Shown here: in pieces, positions 17,919 through 27,828 of the stretch
Numbering within the stretch: the stretch's first letter is position 1
Layout of the letters: each line of letters begins with the position of its first letter
NCBI GenBank assembly: GCA_031400935.1
Contig: JANNQV010000028.1
Coordinates: forward strand, 1 to 64,000
Length of the DNA stretch: 64,000 nt
Direction of reading: 5' to 3'
Source of the DNA: Armatimonadota bacterium
GTDB lineage: Bacteria > Armatimonadota > Fimbriimonadia > Fimbriimonadales > Fimbriimonadaceae
The notes under the pieces: generated by a model
Database searches by the model: none
What the model saw: the letters and a program-made list of their open reading frames with translations, nothing else
Told to the model about the DNA's origin: nothing
Translations under genes and position numbers: made by a program

Positions 17919-19195
17919 GGGTCGGCATAGTCGGTATGGGCGCGGCGGGCATTCGCGCTGCACTCTTGCTTGAGAAGGCTGGCGTCGAAGTACGGCTGTT
18001 CGAAGCCCGCGACCGGGTCGCAGGGCGGCTTTGCACCGTTACCGACAACCAAGGAGTCGCTTACGATGCCGGCGGAGAGTGGGTAGACGCCGACCATTAC
18101 CGAACCCTAGACCTCGCCAGGTCCCTCGGCGTTGAGCCAGACCCAACGCCACGCTGGCCGGGGATCGTTTGTTTTGAAGGAAAGACCTGCAAAGAAGACG
18201 ATCTTTGGAACGATGCCCTGGAAGATGAACTTCGCTTACAATCGGCAGCGACGGAACTTTGCCGCAACATAGATAGCACTCCATGGGACACCCCGGAACT
18301 GTCTGCTCTTGACGACGTGACTCTTGCCGATTTCATTCGAGAAAATGCTACTTCAGACCGCGGCCGCTGGTGGCTGATGGCGAAATACCGATCTGATGAG
18401 GGAGACGACCCCGAACGAATCGGGCTACTCGGTTGGCTGATGGGATTCAAAAACTACATTGGGAGGGACGACGATGCGGCTTCGGCTTTCCGACTCTCCG
18501 GCGGGATGGGACGCCTATTTGAACTTGCAAGCAACAAAATCAAAACCCCAATTCAGCTTGAAAAAGCACTGCAGCGAATCGTTCACGACGGCCGAAAAGT
18601 CATTCTTCAATTTGAGCAAGGCGAAACAACGGTTGACCGGCTACTACTCACCATGCCGCCGCCCGCCCTTGAACGCATCGTCTTCGATCCTGCACTTCCC
18701 AAAGAAAAAAGGTGTGCGATCGAAGCCTGCGAAATGAGCCGTATCATCAAGATTTGTATGCAATTCGATTCGCCATGGTGGGAAGAACGACAGTGGTCTG
18801 GGAGCCTGATCTGCGATATGCCAGTCCAACAAATCTGGGAAGGCACAAAGGGAACAGTACCAATTTTGAACTGTTATATCTGCGGCAAAGATGCTGACTA
18901 TTTCTTGCACAACAAGCAAGCGGTTCAAGCAGCAATTTCGCAATTAACTGAATTGATGCCCGAAGCTTCTCAGCACTTTGTGCGCGGAGTCATGTACGAT
19001 TGGGTTGGCGATTCATTCGCGTACGGGGCCTTTCCCCACATGGCGCCCGGCTTTGTGATGAATCACCTGCAGCACATTTCAAGACCTTATGACCGAATTC
19101 ATTTTGCAGGGGATTACACCGCAAATTGGTTTGGGTTCATCGAGGGAGCCCTTGAAAGTGCCGAAAGAGCGGTGCTAGAGATAATCAATGCGTGA
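17915..19195 (+). CDS. Flavin monoamine oxidase family protein
   Basis: VGIVGMGAAG, EARDRVAGR, DAGGEWV and IHFAGD...GFIEGALESAER. Start set at ATG 17915. Confidence 0.92.
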   Translation: MRVGIVGMGAAGIRAALLLEKAGVEVRLFEARDRVAGRLCTVTDNQGVAYDAGGEWVDADHYRTLDLARSLGVEPDPTPRWPGIVCFEGKTCKEDDLWNDALEDELRLQSAATELCRNIDSTPWDTPELSALDDVTLADFIRENATSDRGRWWLMAKYRSDEGDDPERIGLLGWLMGFKNYIGRDDDAASAFRLSGGMGRLFELASNKIKTPIQLEKALQRIVHDGRKVILQFEQGETTVDRLLLTMPPPALERIVFDPALPKEKRCAIEACEMSRIIKICMQFDSPWWEERQWSGSLICDMPVQQIWEGTKGTVPILNCYICGKDADYFLHNKQAVQAAISQLTELMPEASQHFVRGVMYDWVGDSFAYGAFPHMAPGFVMNHLQHISRPYDRIHFAGDYTANWFGFIEGALESAERAVLEIINA

Positions 19196-20660
19196 ACTCT
19201 TTTCAGGATTCAAGTGGCACGAGGACGAGGAGATTCAAGACCTCGTGGTTGAGGATGGCATCGTCGTATATCGCGGTCAGAAACAGCTTGGAATTGAAGC
19301 AGAAGTTGTTCACGATTGCTCTGGCAGAACCTTGTTTCCAAAGTGGGTTGATAATCATTGCCACATCCTCCCGACCGGGCTCGATCTGCTCAAATTGCAG
19401 TTAGGCCAACTTACAACACGTGACGAAATTCTTGATGCTGTTCGAGATCGAAACGCAACTTTGCCTCTTGGCGAATGGCTCATGGCTGTTCATTACGATC
19501 AAACCAAATTTGCAGATAGCCGCCATCTTACGCGCCAAGAATTGGACAAGATTTCGACGACGCGACCGATTCTCTTGAGGCACGTTTCAGGTCACGCAAG
19601 CATAGCCAACTCAGCAGCTCTACAAGCTGCAAATGTGGACGAATCAACTCCGAATCCTTCAGGTGGAGAGTTCAGCCGCGATGATTCGGGCAACCTAAAT
19701 GGCCTTCTGTTGGAAGACGCACATGAGGCTGTTACAGCCGCCTCACCGAACCTAACGCTTGATCAAATGGTGGATGCCATCCTTGCCGCATCCAAAAAAA
19801 TGAGTGCATTGGGAATTGGCGCAGCAGCGGATATGATGACGGGCCGATTCAACCTTGATCTAGAACTTCAAGCCTATCGAATAGCTGCTGAGAAAGGAGT
19901 CAATGTTAGGTTTCGGCTCTACATGCAATGGTCGCAAGTGTTCGGGTCTCGAAAAATTGATTCTTCTAGACTCCTCGATTTAGTCAAATTGATGGATCCG
20001 AATTCGTGTAAAGTGGCAGGCATTAAAATCTTCGCAGACGGCGCAATTGGTTCTGGCACAGCAGCAATCTTTGGAAAGTATGTGGGGCGGGAAAACGAAA
20101 CTGACAATCAAGGCCAACTCATTTATGCCCCCGATCGCCTGTCCAAAATGGTCCAGATTGCAGATGAGGCTGGCTACCAAATCGCAATTCATAGCATCGG
20201 GAATCGGTCAACCGATGTTGTTATGGATACCTACGAAGCACTGCCTGGACCATCCATCCATCGAATTGAACATGCAATGATGCTTAGCGATGAACAGATT
20301 GAACGCATGGCAAGACTAAACTGCTTTGTTTCGATGCAGCCCGAATTCCTGGCGCAATTCGGCCACGCTTACTTAAAACAACTAGGGCCAGAGAGGGCGG
20401 GGAAACTCAAACGGTTTCGATCCGTCACAGATGCCGGTTTACGCCTGAGCCTAAGCAGCGACAGGCCAATCGTTTCGGGTGATCCAGAACTAGGGATAAG
20501 GTGCGCTCACAAAAGACCTTCCGGGTTCGATCCAATAGAAAACGTAACACCGTCAGAAGCAATCCGCGGTTACACCCAAGCCGGGGCTGACGCTATGGGC
20601 GATTCTGACTGCTTCGGTTCGTTGCTTCCGGGCCAATTCGCCGATTGTCGTTGGATATGA
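19188..20660 (+). CDS. Amidohydrolase 3 family (YtcJ-like) metallohydrolase
   Basis: DNHCH, SGHASIANS, KIFADG, IHSIG, HRIEHA and SSDRP motifs. Confidence 0.92.
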   Translation: MRELFSGFKWHEDEEIQDLVVEDGIVVYRGQKQLGIEAEVVHDCSGRTLFPKWVDNHCHILPTGLDLLKLQLGQLTTRDEILDAVRDRNATLPLGEWLMAVHYDQTKFADSRHLTRQELDKISTTRPILLRHVSGHASIANSAALQAANVDESTPNPSGGEFSRDDSGNLNGLLLEDAHEAVTAASPNLTLDQMVDAILAASKKMSALGIGAAADMMTGRFNLDLELQAYRIAAEKGVNVRFRLYMQWSQVFGSRKIDSSRLLDLVKLMDPNSCKVAGIKIFADGAIGSGTAAIFGKYVGRENETDNQGQLIYAPDRLSKMVQIADEAGYQIAIHSIGNRSTDVVMDTYEALPGPSIHRIEHAMMLSDEQIERMARLNCFVSMQPEFLAQFGHAYLKQLGPERAGKLKRFRSVTDAGLRLSLSSDRPIVSGDPELGIRCAHKRPSGFDPIENVTPSEAIRGYTQAGADAMGDSDCFGSLLPGQFADCRWI

Positions 20661-20882
20661 AAGGCATGCAAAAATTGATTGCCCCTGATTCAAATTAGGA
20701 CTTGCGGCCTATCAAAATGCGAGCCAACACGAAGCTTCGGAACCAAAGAAGTCATTCAAGCGTTGAATTCTATGACGCATAACCTCCTTCCCAGGAGGGC
20801 AACTCAAAGCCCAAAACTGAGACCCTCCAACTAACCGCTCTCGCCCCCCAGCGAGGGCGGTTTGCTTTTAAACACCGTAAGT

Positions 20883-21539
20883 TCAAACGAAAATGTTTTT
20901 TCGTGGGAGTTGTGCAGGCTCTTCGAACATGATTCTCAAAATCGAGCAAGCATCATCGCCACGTCCCAAATTCGCAGATTCAATCACCCATGCACCAACC
21001 TCCGTCAATTGCCACGGAAGTTCAACGGACACACGTTCGCCTTTGGCAAACTCGCATTTGGCTCGCAATTTGGCACCCTTCGAGGAGACATCAATAAGCT
21101 GAGTAGCTGCACCATCAAGTTTGACAACCACAGCCGAATTGTTACATGCGAATCTCTTTGAATCCCTTCGGTCAATGTTAGAAATTGCGATGGGGCGCTC
21201 AACAATAATTTCGTGAGTGGCTTCATCTCGATCAACAACTTTTGAACGGAAAAGGACGATTCCCCTTTTTGTTGCGGTTTCAATTGTAACAAACTCTCCC
21301 ACACGAATTGGAACAAAAAATTGCCTGGAAAGCAGTGATTCAAATCGCAAACCGCGATCCTCATCGCCAGCAAATCGCGAGCGATAGATTCCTGAAGATG
21401 TTTTAATGACGACTGCCGTTTCTGGCATCAGCATTTGCTTGGACGCCTGAATTCCAAATCGAATTCGATACCAAAACATGCCCAAAACGACGGATGCAAC
21501 GAAAACCGATAAGCTGATCCCAATTAGCGTTAGTGTCAT
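20883..21539 (-). CDS. YcgR-like flagellar brake / PilZ domain protein with an N-terminal TM segment
   Basis: DRRDSKRF (RxxxR) and DVSSKG (DxSxxG) PilZ motifs. Start set at ATG 21539. Confidence 0.85.
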   Translation of the reverse strand: MTLTLIGISLSVFVASVVLGMFWYRIRFGIQASKQMLMPETAVVIKTSSGIYRSRFAGDEDRGLRFESLLSRQFFVPIRVGEFVTIETATKRGIVLFRSKVVDRDEATHEIIVERPIAISNIDRRDSKRFACNNSAVVVKLDGAATQLIDVSSKGAKLRAKCEFAKGERVSVELPWQLTEVGAWVIESANLGRGDDACSILRIMFEEPAQLPRKNIFV

Positions 21540-21673
21540 TTGAGAAAAATCCTGTATGTATAGTTTGAAGCCAAAGTCGGTATTCGTAAACGGAGCACGG
21601 AATTCGTTCTCGCAGATCTTGCCGAAGGGTAATCGAAGATCGGGACGCAACCCGGTCCACGGAATTCATTCCG

Positions 21674-23167
21674 TTAAACCGAAGTACGATCTAGCAACTC
21701 TTTCGTCGCAGCAAGCGCTTTGAGGGCCTCGCCTAGAGTAATCGTTGCATCTCCTAACATATCCTCAGACTTGTTAGAAAGAAATGATTGCACTTCGATT
21801 ACACATTGACCCAGCAAGTTTAATGCCAAACTCAGCGAATCTTGGGACTTTGCATTAAGTTCTGTCGGAGGTGTCACAGCGCACAGAAAAAGTAGTCCCT
21901 CAATGCTTTTGCCTAGATTCTTTGCAGTCTCTCGATTGGCAGCTAATGTTGGCTGCAATCTCGATTTTTGAACCAACAAGCGAACACCCGCCGCGATTTC
22001 ATCGCCGTTCCGATATAAAAGTCGGACAGAAAGTCTTTGAATGAATCCTCGATCCGCAGCCGAAACTTCGGACATGGACTTCCCTGCAGCTTCGATATCA
22101 GCTTTGCATTTGACCATGTCGCCCTTCATAGCAAATGCAAATGCCCGAAAATGAAGAGCTTCCGACATTGCACCTTTTGCCAAAGCCGCAACAAAATGCT
22201 CCAACGCAAAATCTACTCGCCCCATTACAAGTTGAGCTTCACCCAAGAGGCAACGAGTCACCTCATCATCTGGATTTCGAGTAATTGCTTCGTTCAAATC
22301 ACGAATCGCTTGCGCCCCATTTCCGGTAAGCAATGCCCCTCGAGCGCAAAACCGCCAAAGATCAAGTTCTTCTGGAAATAGGCCGGCGGCTCGTCGAGCT
22401 TCGCTTGAAGCTTCATCAGGATTGCCAAAGCGCATCAGTCCATCAATTAGAGCCTTTCGTCGTTCCCAATCCATTGGCTCTATATCAACTGCGTCTCGAA
22501 GCAAAGCCAAAGCACTACGAATTTCACCCAACTTTGCAAGCCTTTCGAATTCAGCACGAATCGTAGAAAAATCGGCCTTTACGATTGGATCGTTTTGAGG
22601 TAACTGGCGGCTCACCACAGGAGTCGGATCAGGATCAGGAGTTTTGATCTTCGGTCTTGGAGTCAATCCCTTAAGCGCGTCCGAACCGAGTTGAAACAGC
22701 CAAGTTCTTGCAATGGAGCGAATTGTAGACTCTAAGCTGAGTTGGTCCTGAATTTCAGCTCCTAAACTTGTATTGTTCTTCCAAATTTGCCGTTTGCCAC
22801 GAAACAATTCGGCATCGCAAAAGACATTGTTCTGATGCCGCATCCCACGGATAAACATGACGTATTCACAGCCAAGTTTCGACATCGCCGCAAAGGCTTG
22901 TTCGTCTGTCGGATTCTCTGGTGCTTCGGCCAAAATCTTAGTTTCGACAGCTTTCCGAAAAGTTGGGTCAGACGGCGACCATGTCAATGATTCTAATCGC
23001 CCATTTTCATCAATTTCCTGTGAAAAATACGGTCGAAGTTTGACATTGATATTCACGCCATTTTCTTCAGCGACCATCCTCTGCACGAGCAGAACTTTTG
23101 GAACGACTTGTCCCCAACTTGCCACAGCGGCTACAACAAAGAAAATGCAAAAAAAACTGCGCTTCAT
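21674..23167 (-). CDS. Secreted tetratricopeptide repeat protein
   Basis: Signal peptide and TPR-like helical repeats. Confidence 0.8.
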   Translation of the reverse strand: MKRSFFCIFFVVAAVASWGQVVPKVLLVQRMVAEENGVNINVKLRPYFSQEIDENGRLESLTWSPSDPTFRKAVETKILAEAPENPTDEQAFAAMSKLGCEYVMFIRGMRHQNNVFCDAELFRGKRQIWKNNTSLGAEIQDQLSLESTIRSIARTWLFQLGSDALKGLTPRPKIKTPDPDPTPVVSRQLPQNDPIVKADFSTIRAEFERLAKLGEIRSALALLRDAVDIEPMDWERRKALIDGLMRFGNPDEASSEARRAAGLFPEELDLWRFCARGALLTGNGAQAIRDLNEAITRNPDDEVTRCLLGEAQLVMGRVDFALEHFVAALAKGAMSEALHFRAFAFAMKGDMVKCKADIEAAGKSMSEVSAADRGFIQRLSVRLLYRNGDEIAAGVRLLVQKSRLQPTLAANRETAKNLGKSIEGLLFLCAVTPPTELNAKSQDSLSLALNLLGQCVIEVQSFLSNKSEDMLGDATITLGEALKALAATKELLDRTSV

Positions 23168-24426
23168 CCGCCCAAGACCTTAAGTGCGCGTTGGCAAGAC
23201 TCAAGTTGCCTGTCCAAGTAAGCAGTATCGCCGGAACTGTTCTTGAGACGATCAGATATGGCCGCGATAGCTCGCTTATAGGCCGACGCTGCATTGCCAG
23301 TCTGTCCCAAGTTCGTATAGCATTGTCCCAGACGCTGGTTGATCGTAGCTGCGTCACCGCCCATAGCCAGCAGTCTTTCGTAGCTCTTCGCGGCTTGATC
23401 GTATTTTTGAAGCTGAAATTGTTGTCGTGCCGCTTCTGAGAGGGCCTTCGAACTCAAACCTTGATCCACGTCGCTCCCACCATTTCGATTAGTTGGAGAC
23501 TTTGGTTTTACATTTATCTCGATAACACCAGGATCATCTTGCGGCTTCGATTGCTGTACTGTAGGATTCGTTTTTCCACCCTTGCCGTCGCCAACAGTTG
23601 GGTCAATTTCGTCTGGATTCGTGTTCGTGGGCCGATTTGGCCCAGTTGGAGTAATTGAAGGTGCTCCAGGATCGTATGGTCGAATATCGCCCGCCCCAGG
23701 ACCAATTGGCGGAAGTGTCATTCCTGAATTGTTGGGTAGCCCTGTACCGCGATTTGGAACAACCCCACCTTCGACATTGTTTTTGATAGGTGGAACGTCG
23801 CCAGGATTAGCGGGCTTGTTTGGATCTGACGTGCCAGGTGATGGCTGACTGTTTGAATTTCTCTTCGATCCATTTCCAGAACTACCAAGCACGTTCTGTG
23901 GCTGATTTGAACTCATGGCTAGCTTGCGCAAATCATCATTTGATTGCGCGTTGGCTCGTTGAGCATAGACAGCAATAATCGCTCCTGCACCGACCACGAG
24001 CAGAACTGCCGCCGCTGCACCGATGAACGCTCGCTTTCTATCTGGTTGAGACGCATAAAGCACCTGAGCAGAAAGCGAATTCCGAAGTTGCTGTACCTTG
24101 ATCTTATCCAACGACGAAATCGGATTCAGAACGACCACTCGCTCAAACGCTTCGAGTGCTTCCGCAATACGTCCTTGGCGTTCGTACACCATTCCTCGCA
24201 AAGACAATGCTTGAATGGAATCGGGGTTCTGCTCAACTGCCGAATGGGCAATAAGCAAAGCCTCATCCCCCCTCCCTTCTGCAAGCGCCTTTTGCCCTTC
24301 GGCGACAAAGGCTTCATGTTCGATGGTGGCGGCACCAATAGCGTCTGCAGATAACTCTTTACCGCAACCCTTGCAAAATTGGCTGTCAATACTGTTCGAT
24401 GTTTGGCACGAAAGACATTCGATCAT
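23164..24426 (-). CDS. Zinc-ribbon + TPR + TM + Pro-rich linker + TPR protein
   Basis: CxxC...FCxxCG N-terminus, TPR repeats and a central TM segment. Confidence 0.85.
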   Translation of the reverse strand: MIECLSCQTSNSIDSQFCKGCGKELSADAIGAATIEHEAFVAEGQKALAEGRGDEALLIAHSAVEQNPDSIQALSLRGMVYERQGRIAEALEAFERVVVLNPISSLDKIKVQQLRNSLSAQVLYASQPDRKRAFIGAAAAVLLVVGAGAIIAVYAQRANAQSNDDLRKLAMSSNQPQNVLGSSGNGSKRNSNSQPSPGTSDPNKPANPGDVPPIKNNVEGGVVPNRGTGLPNNSGMTLPPIGPGAGDIRPYDPGAPSITPTGPNRPTNTNPDEIDPTVGDGKGGKTNPTVQQSKPQDDPGVIEINVKPKSPTNRNGGSDVDQGLSSKALSEAARQQFQLQKYDQAAKSYERLLAMGGDAATINQRLGQCYTNLGQTGNAASAYKRAIAAISDRLKNSSGDTAYLDRQLESCQRALKVLGG

Positions 24427-24645
24427 AATTCTCTTCCTTCATTGTACTATACGAAGTTCGATTCTAACGATTTTGAAGCTGAAAAGTTCTAGGGATGAGT
24501 TGGCAAGTGGTCTTCACGTTGTCGGCAAGTGGTTGGCACGTAGTTGGCAGGTGGTTTGCAAGTTGTTGGCAGTGGATGGCATTTTGACTTCCGCCTTCCG
24601 GTTCAATCCTAGACCCAAAACCCAAAACCCAAAACCAAAAATTGT

Positions 24646-25080
24646 CTACGCCGCCCTCGAAGCCCCGGCACCTTTGCGCTTGACTTCCCAGCGATAAACG
24701 TCGCTCAGTCCTCTGAAAGGATAGACGCGAAAACTATGGGTCAGTTTCTTAAGCGCCTGAATAAAAATATTCTGAGCACCCTGCTTGCTGTGCCCCCTCC
24801 GGCTGCCAATTTCCTCAAATGTATAGCCTTCTAGCCTCAAATGCAGCACAATTGATTGACGTTCGGTCAGCTTCGCAATTTCGAAGACATCACGACATTC
24901 ATCCTGAAGAAGCGGATCATCCCGTCTTCCCATCAACAAATGCCCGTAGACCGGTTCCCTCCGTTCAGCCAATTTCAACTTTTGCCGCATCACATCGTCC
25001 GAGTAGCAGGGCCTTTCGGGCGATTTCTCGCAAAGCGCAAGCAGCGAATCGGCCACAAAAGCGATTTGCTCATTGGTCAT
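24646..25080 (-). CDS. Sigma-70 region 4-like HTH DNA-binding protein
   Basis: KLTERQSIVLHLRLEGYTFEEIG...SKQGAQNIFIQALKKL. GGAGG RBS precedes ATG 25080. Confidence 0.75.
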   Translation of the reverse strand: MTNEQIAFVADSLLALCEKSPERPCYSDDVMRQKLKLAERREPVYGHLLMGRRDDPLLQDECRDVFEIAKLTERQSIVLHLRLEGYTFEEIGSRRGHSKQGAQNIFIQALKKLTHSFRVYPFRGLSDVYRWEVKRKGAGASRAA

Positions 25081-25141
25081 ATCAATTACCTCCAAACTAG
25101 TATATCTTCGTCTACTAACTTGTACAAGAGGTAGGTTCGTC

Positions 25142-25161
25142 AACCAGTATTTTTACTGGTT
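25142..25161. promoter_or_regulatory. Perfect palindrome AACCAGTA-N4-TACTGGTT, a putative operator
   Basis: 8-bp inverted repeat about 60 nt upstream of the sigma4-like gene. Confidence 0.45.
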
Positions 25162-25187
25162 TGTGTTTGAGAGTCTGGAACTATGGT

Positions 25188-25238
25188 TCCCTCTCACAGG
25201 AGCGCAGCAACAGGGAAAGGGGGCAGGGGGTGAGGGTC
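25188..25238. repeat. CCCCTC-type REP-like element
   Basis: ccctctc...gggaaagggggcagggggtgagggt. It is the reverse-complement-like counterpart of 29628-29680. Confidence 0.65.
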
Positions 25239-25265
25239 AAATGAATTCGAACAACAGAATCGTGA

Positions 25266-26225
25266 TTATTGCTTTACAGTCTCCCTCACAAACCCAGACC
25301 AGTCACCCAAATAGAGAGCTTCTTCTTCCAACATCACACCAAATCTTGCATGAACTTTTTCTTTTGCAAACTCCGCTAAGCTCCTTATCGAGGTCGCCGA
25401 AGCATCACAAACATTGACGATAAAGTTGGCGTGTCGGTCACTCAATCTGGCACCCTTGTGAATGATCCCCTTGATACCAGATTCCTCAATCAAGACACCT
25501 GCCGGAATCACTCCTGCCTTCCTCAAATCCGCTCTCAAGTTGGGCAAACTCGCGGCCAGTTCCAAGTTCATCACATTCTTAAAAAAACTTCCGCAACTTG
25601 CAGGGGCAGGCTGCTTAGCGATGCGTTGCCGTTGGTACTCTCGCGCTTCTTCATAAATTGCCTCCGGTCTCCCTTTAGGCAATTTCAATTCAATCTGCAA
25701 TAAACATAGGGGAGTATCTGGCATACGCCGGAGGATCGAGTCTCTATATGAAAACTGAAGAACGCTAGATTCCATCCAATGCCGTTCTCCGTCCATTACT
25801 ACTTCTACCCTCGTTAGAAACTCGTCAATAGAACTACGATACGCTCCGGCATTACTGACTAAAGCACCGCCAATAGAACCTGGAATCCCAACGGCGTACT
25901 CTAACCCAGCTAAGTTAGATTGGGCAGACTTAATAAACAGCTCCTGAAACGATAAGCCAGTAGAAGCAGTTACGCCCCCGTCGCTTTGAATCCCGAGTTC
26001 ACGAGCTATGTTGAGTATGACAAGACCGGGAACGCCTTCATCGCTGGGAAGAATGTTGCTTCCCGAACCCAAATACGTTGTTTTCAAACCTGATTTCTGT
26101 GCCTCGATGGCACAGGAGGCAAGCTCATCAACTGTCCTACAAACAGTAAAAAACTCTGCATTTCCACCCGCACGCAATGTCGTGTAATTCTTTAACGAAA
26201 CCGAATGCAATGCTTGTTGAATCAT
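25266..26225 (-). CDS. murB: UDP-N-acetylmuramate dehydrogenase
   Basis: LGSGSNIL, GIPGSIGGA..NAGAY, FSYRDS, SCGSFFKN and HANFIVN motifs. Confidence 0.96.
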   Translation of the reverse strand: MIQQALHSVSLKNYTTLRAGGNAEFFTVCRTVDELASCAIEAQKSGLKTTYLGSGSNILPSDEGVPGLVILNIARELGIQSDGGVTASTGLSFQELFIKSAQSNLAGLEYAVGIPGSIGGALVSNAGAYRSSIDEFLTRVEVVMDGERHWMESSVLQFSYRDSILRRMPDTPLCLLQIELKLPKGRPEAIYEEAREYQRQRIAKQPAPASCGSFFKNVMNLELAASLPNLRADLRKAGVIPAGVLIEESGIKGIIHKGARLSDRHANFIVNVCDASATSIRSLAEFAKEKVHARFGVMLEEEALYLGDWSGFVRETVKQ

Positions 26226-26767
26226 AGGGATGCAAATGGCTGTTTTGGAGTCGAAATACTTGGTTCGGCAATATAAAGTGGAACAAGTTTTGTCAAATCT
26301 ATTGGGTATCCATGTTGTTCTATTGTCTCGATATTGAAAGAGGGATAGGTATCGGCAACACCTTCAATCCCATAACCGCAATAATCCAGTGGACTAAGAT
26401 CGCTAGAAACTACCGGTGGTTGCCCTAACTCACGAACGCAGTAACTTCCTTTCTTATATGGTATCGCAACAGCCATATTGGAGGAAATCAGGTCAAAAGC
26501 TGTAACTGCAATCAGTTGAACTCCCGAACTGATCGCAAACATTTGAGCCATTGTAACGCCAACTTTCACTCCCGTAAATCCTCCTGGCCCTATATCTACT
26601 ACTAATCTGTCAATAATGCTGAAGCCAGGCACAGCTTCTGCCACCCACGAAGCAACAAGTCCAGAGGCGTTTTGCTGCGCCATTTCACTTCGAGAAAATA
26701 GAACTTCCTCGCTCGAAAATACCGACACGGAAATCAGAGGGCTCGATGTGGAGATAGCAAGAGTCAT
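26222..26767 (-). CDS. tsaB: tRNA threonylcarbamoyladenosine biosynthesis protein TsaB
   Basis: LAISTSS, DIGPGGFTGVKVG and a C-terminal PLY. Confidence 0.88.
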   Translation of the reverse strand: MTLAISTSSPLISVSVFSSEEVLFSRSEMAQQNASGLVASWVAEAVPGFSIIDRLVVDIGPGGFTGVKVGVTMAQMFAISSGVQLIAVTAFDLISSNMAVAIPYKKGSYCVRELGQPPVVSSDLSPLDYCGYGIEGVADTYPSFNIETIEQHGYPIDLTKLVPLYIAEPSISTPKQPFASL

Positions 26768-27828
26768 GAGCCGGGTTCGAGGCTCATACCGCCAATCAAA
26801 GAATCGTAAACCAAAGTCAACTGCGTCGTCAACGGCACAGAAGATTGAAATTCGAGAAGCCAGTATAGATCGCCCTTTTCTCCGCCAGCAAGGTATTGAA
26901 CCGGAAGGCTGTCTGCGCTTTTTCCGGACCGAATAATGCGAATGACGCTCGCCCCAGCGTTGTTTAGTACCGGACGCGACTCTGTCCTACTAGTGACAGA
27001 GGAAAACCGCTCCAACGTCGTAGAAGCTAGCGACATCAACGACGAAGTCATGGAAGGCGATTCGAGCGTGGAATGAGTTCTAATGATAATCGTTAGGCCG
27101 CTCAATGGGTGAACGGCCGACACAAAACCCGTTTCGCCCAGACTCGCCTTCCAACCATCAGGAACGCAAAGTTGAACTGGCTTTCCTGCAACAGTGATGG
27201 AAAGCTTGACAATGCCAATATCGAAACCTTTTTCCACGGCCGTGGCTGCGCCTATGGGAACTCGCTTGTTCTCGGGAATCTTTGGCGGCTTCCTCTTTGT
27301 GGCGGGCGCCTCGGTGGCTCTGCCTGGCCGCTCCGCTTCTGGCATTTTGCCGTCAATCGGGCGCAAAGATAGCAAAACTTCTTTCCATTTCGCTTCGGCA
27401 TCGGCAATGCTCGATTCAGAAGCATTCAGCCGGTAGGATAATTTGAATTCCGTGGCTGCATAGATCAACCCTGAAATCGTCACAGATCGCCCGAAATCAT
27501 TCAGATTCTGCATTCGAGCTAACAGTAAAGGAACCCCTGCAATTTCCTCGCGATTCTGGCCAAGAACGATCAACTTTTGCTGCTCAGCAAAATATTTTTG
27601 AGCGGATTCCCAAACTTCAGGAGCCGCCATAAAACTCACCGCGAAGATTTGTACCGTTGCGGCATCACCATTGCTGCCCAAAGGAAGAATGATAGTCCAA
27701 TCATCCTTCTTTCTTGAAATTTTCGCCTCACTAGGAATCGTAAACTTCAAATTCGACGGCGAATGAACGAATTCAGCTTTTTTCTGCGGAGCCACCGCTA
27801 TCAAGAATCCAAGAAAAAGTTCTGTCAT
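26764..27828 (-). CDS. Hypothetical exported protein
   Basis: Long ORF that is ATGA-coupled at both ends. Confidence 0.75.
   Translation of the reverse strand: MTELFLGFLIAVAPQKKAEFVHSPSNLKFTIPSEAKISRKKDDWTIILPLGSNGDAATVQIFAVSFMAAPEVWESAQKYFAEQQKLIVLGQNREEIAGVPLLLARMQNLNDFGRSVTISGLIYAATEFKLSYRLNASESSIADAEAKWKEVLLSLRPIDGKMPEAERPGRATEAPATKRKPPKIPENKRVPIGAATAVEKGFDIGIVKLSITVAGKPVQLCVPDGWKASLGETGFVSAVHPLSGLTIIIRTHSTLESPSMTSSLMSLASTTLERFSSVTSRTESRPVLNNAGASVIRIIRSGKSADSLPVQYLAGGEKGDLYWLLEFQSSVPLTTQLTLVYDSLIGGMSLEPGS

Noticed and set aside
20660..20865. DUF559-like remnant before REP hairpins
   Set aside because: Resemblance is too weak to call without a search.
21590..21672. c-di-GMP-I riboswitch near the PilZ gene (GGGACGCAA)
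   Set aside because: The motif is on the opposite strand to the gene, and GGCAAAC and the GNRA-receptor architecture are not evident.
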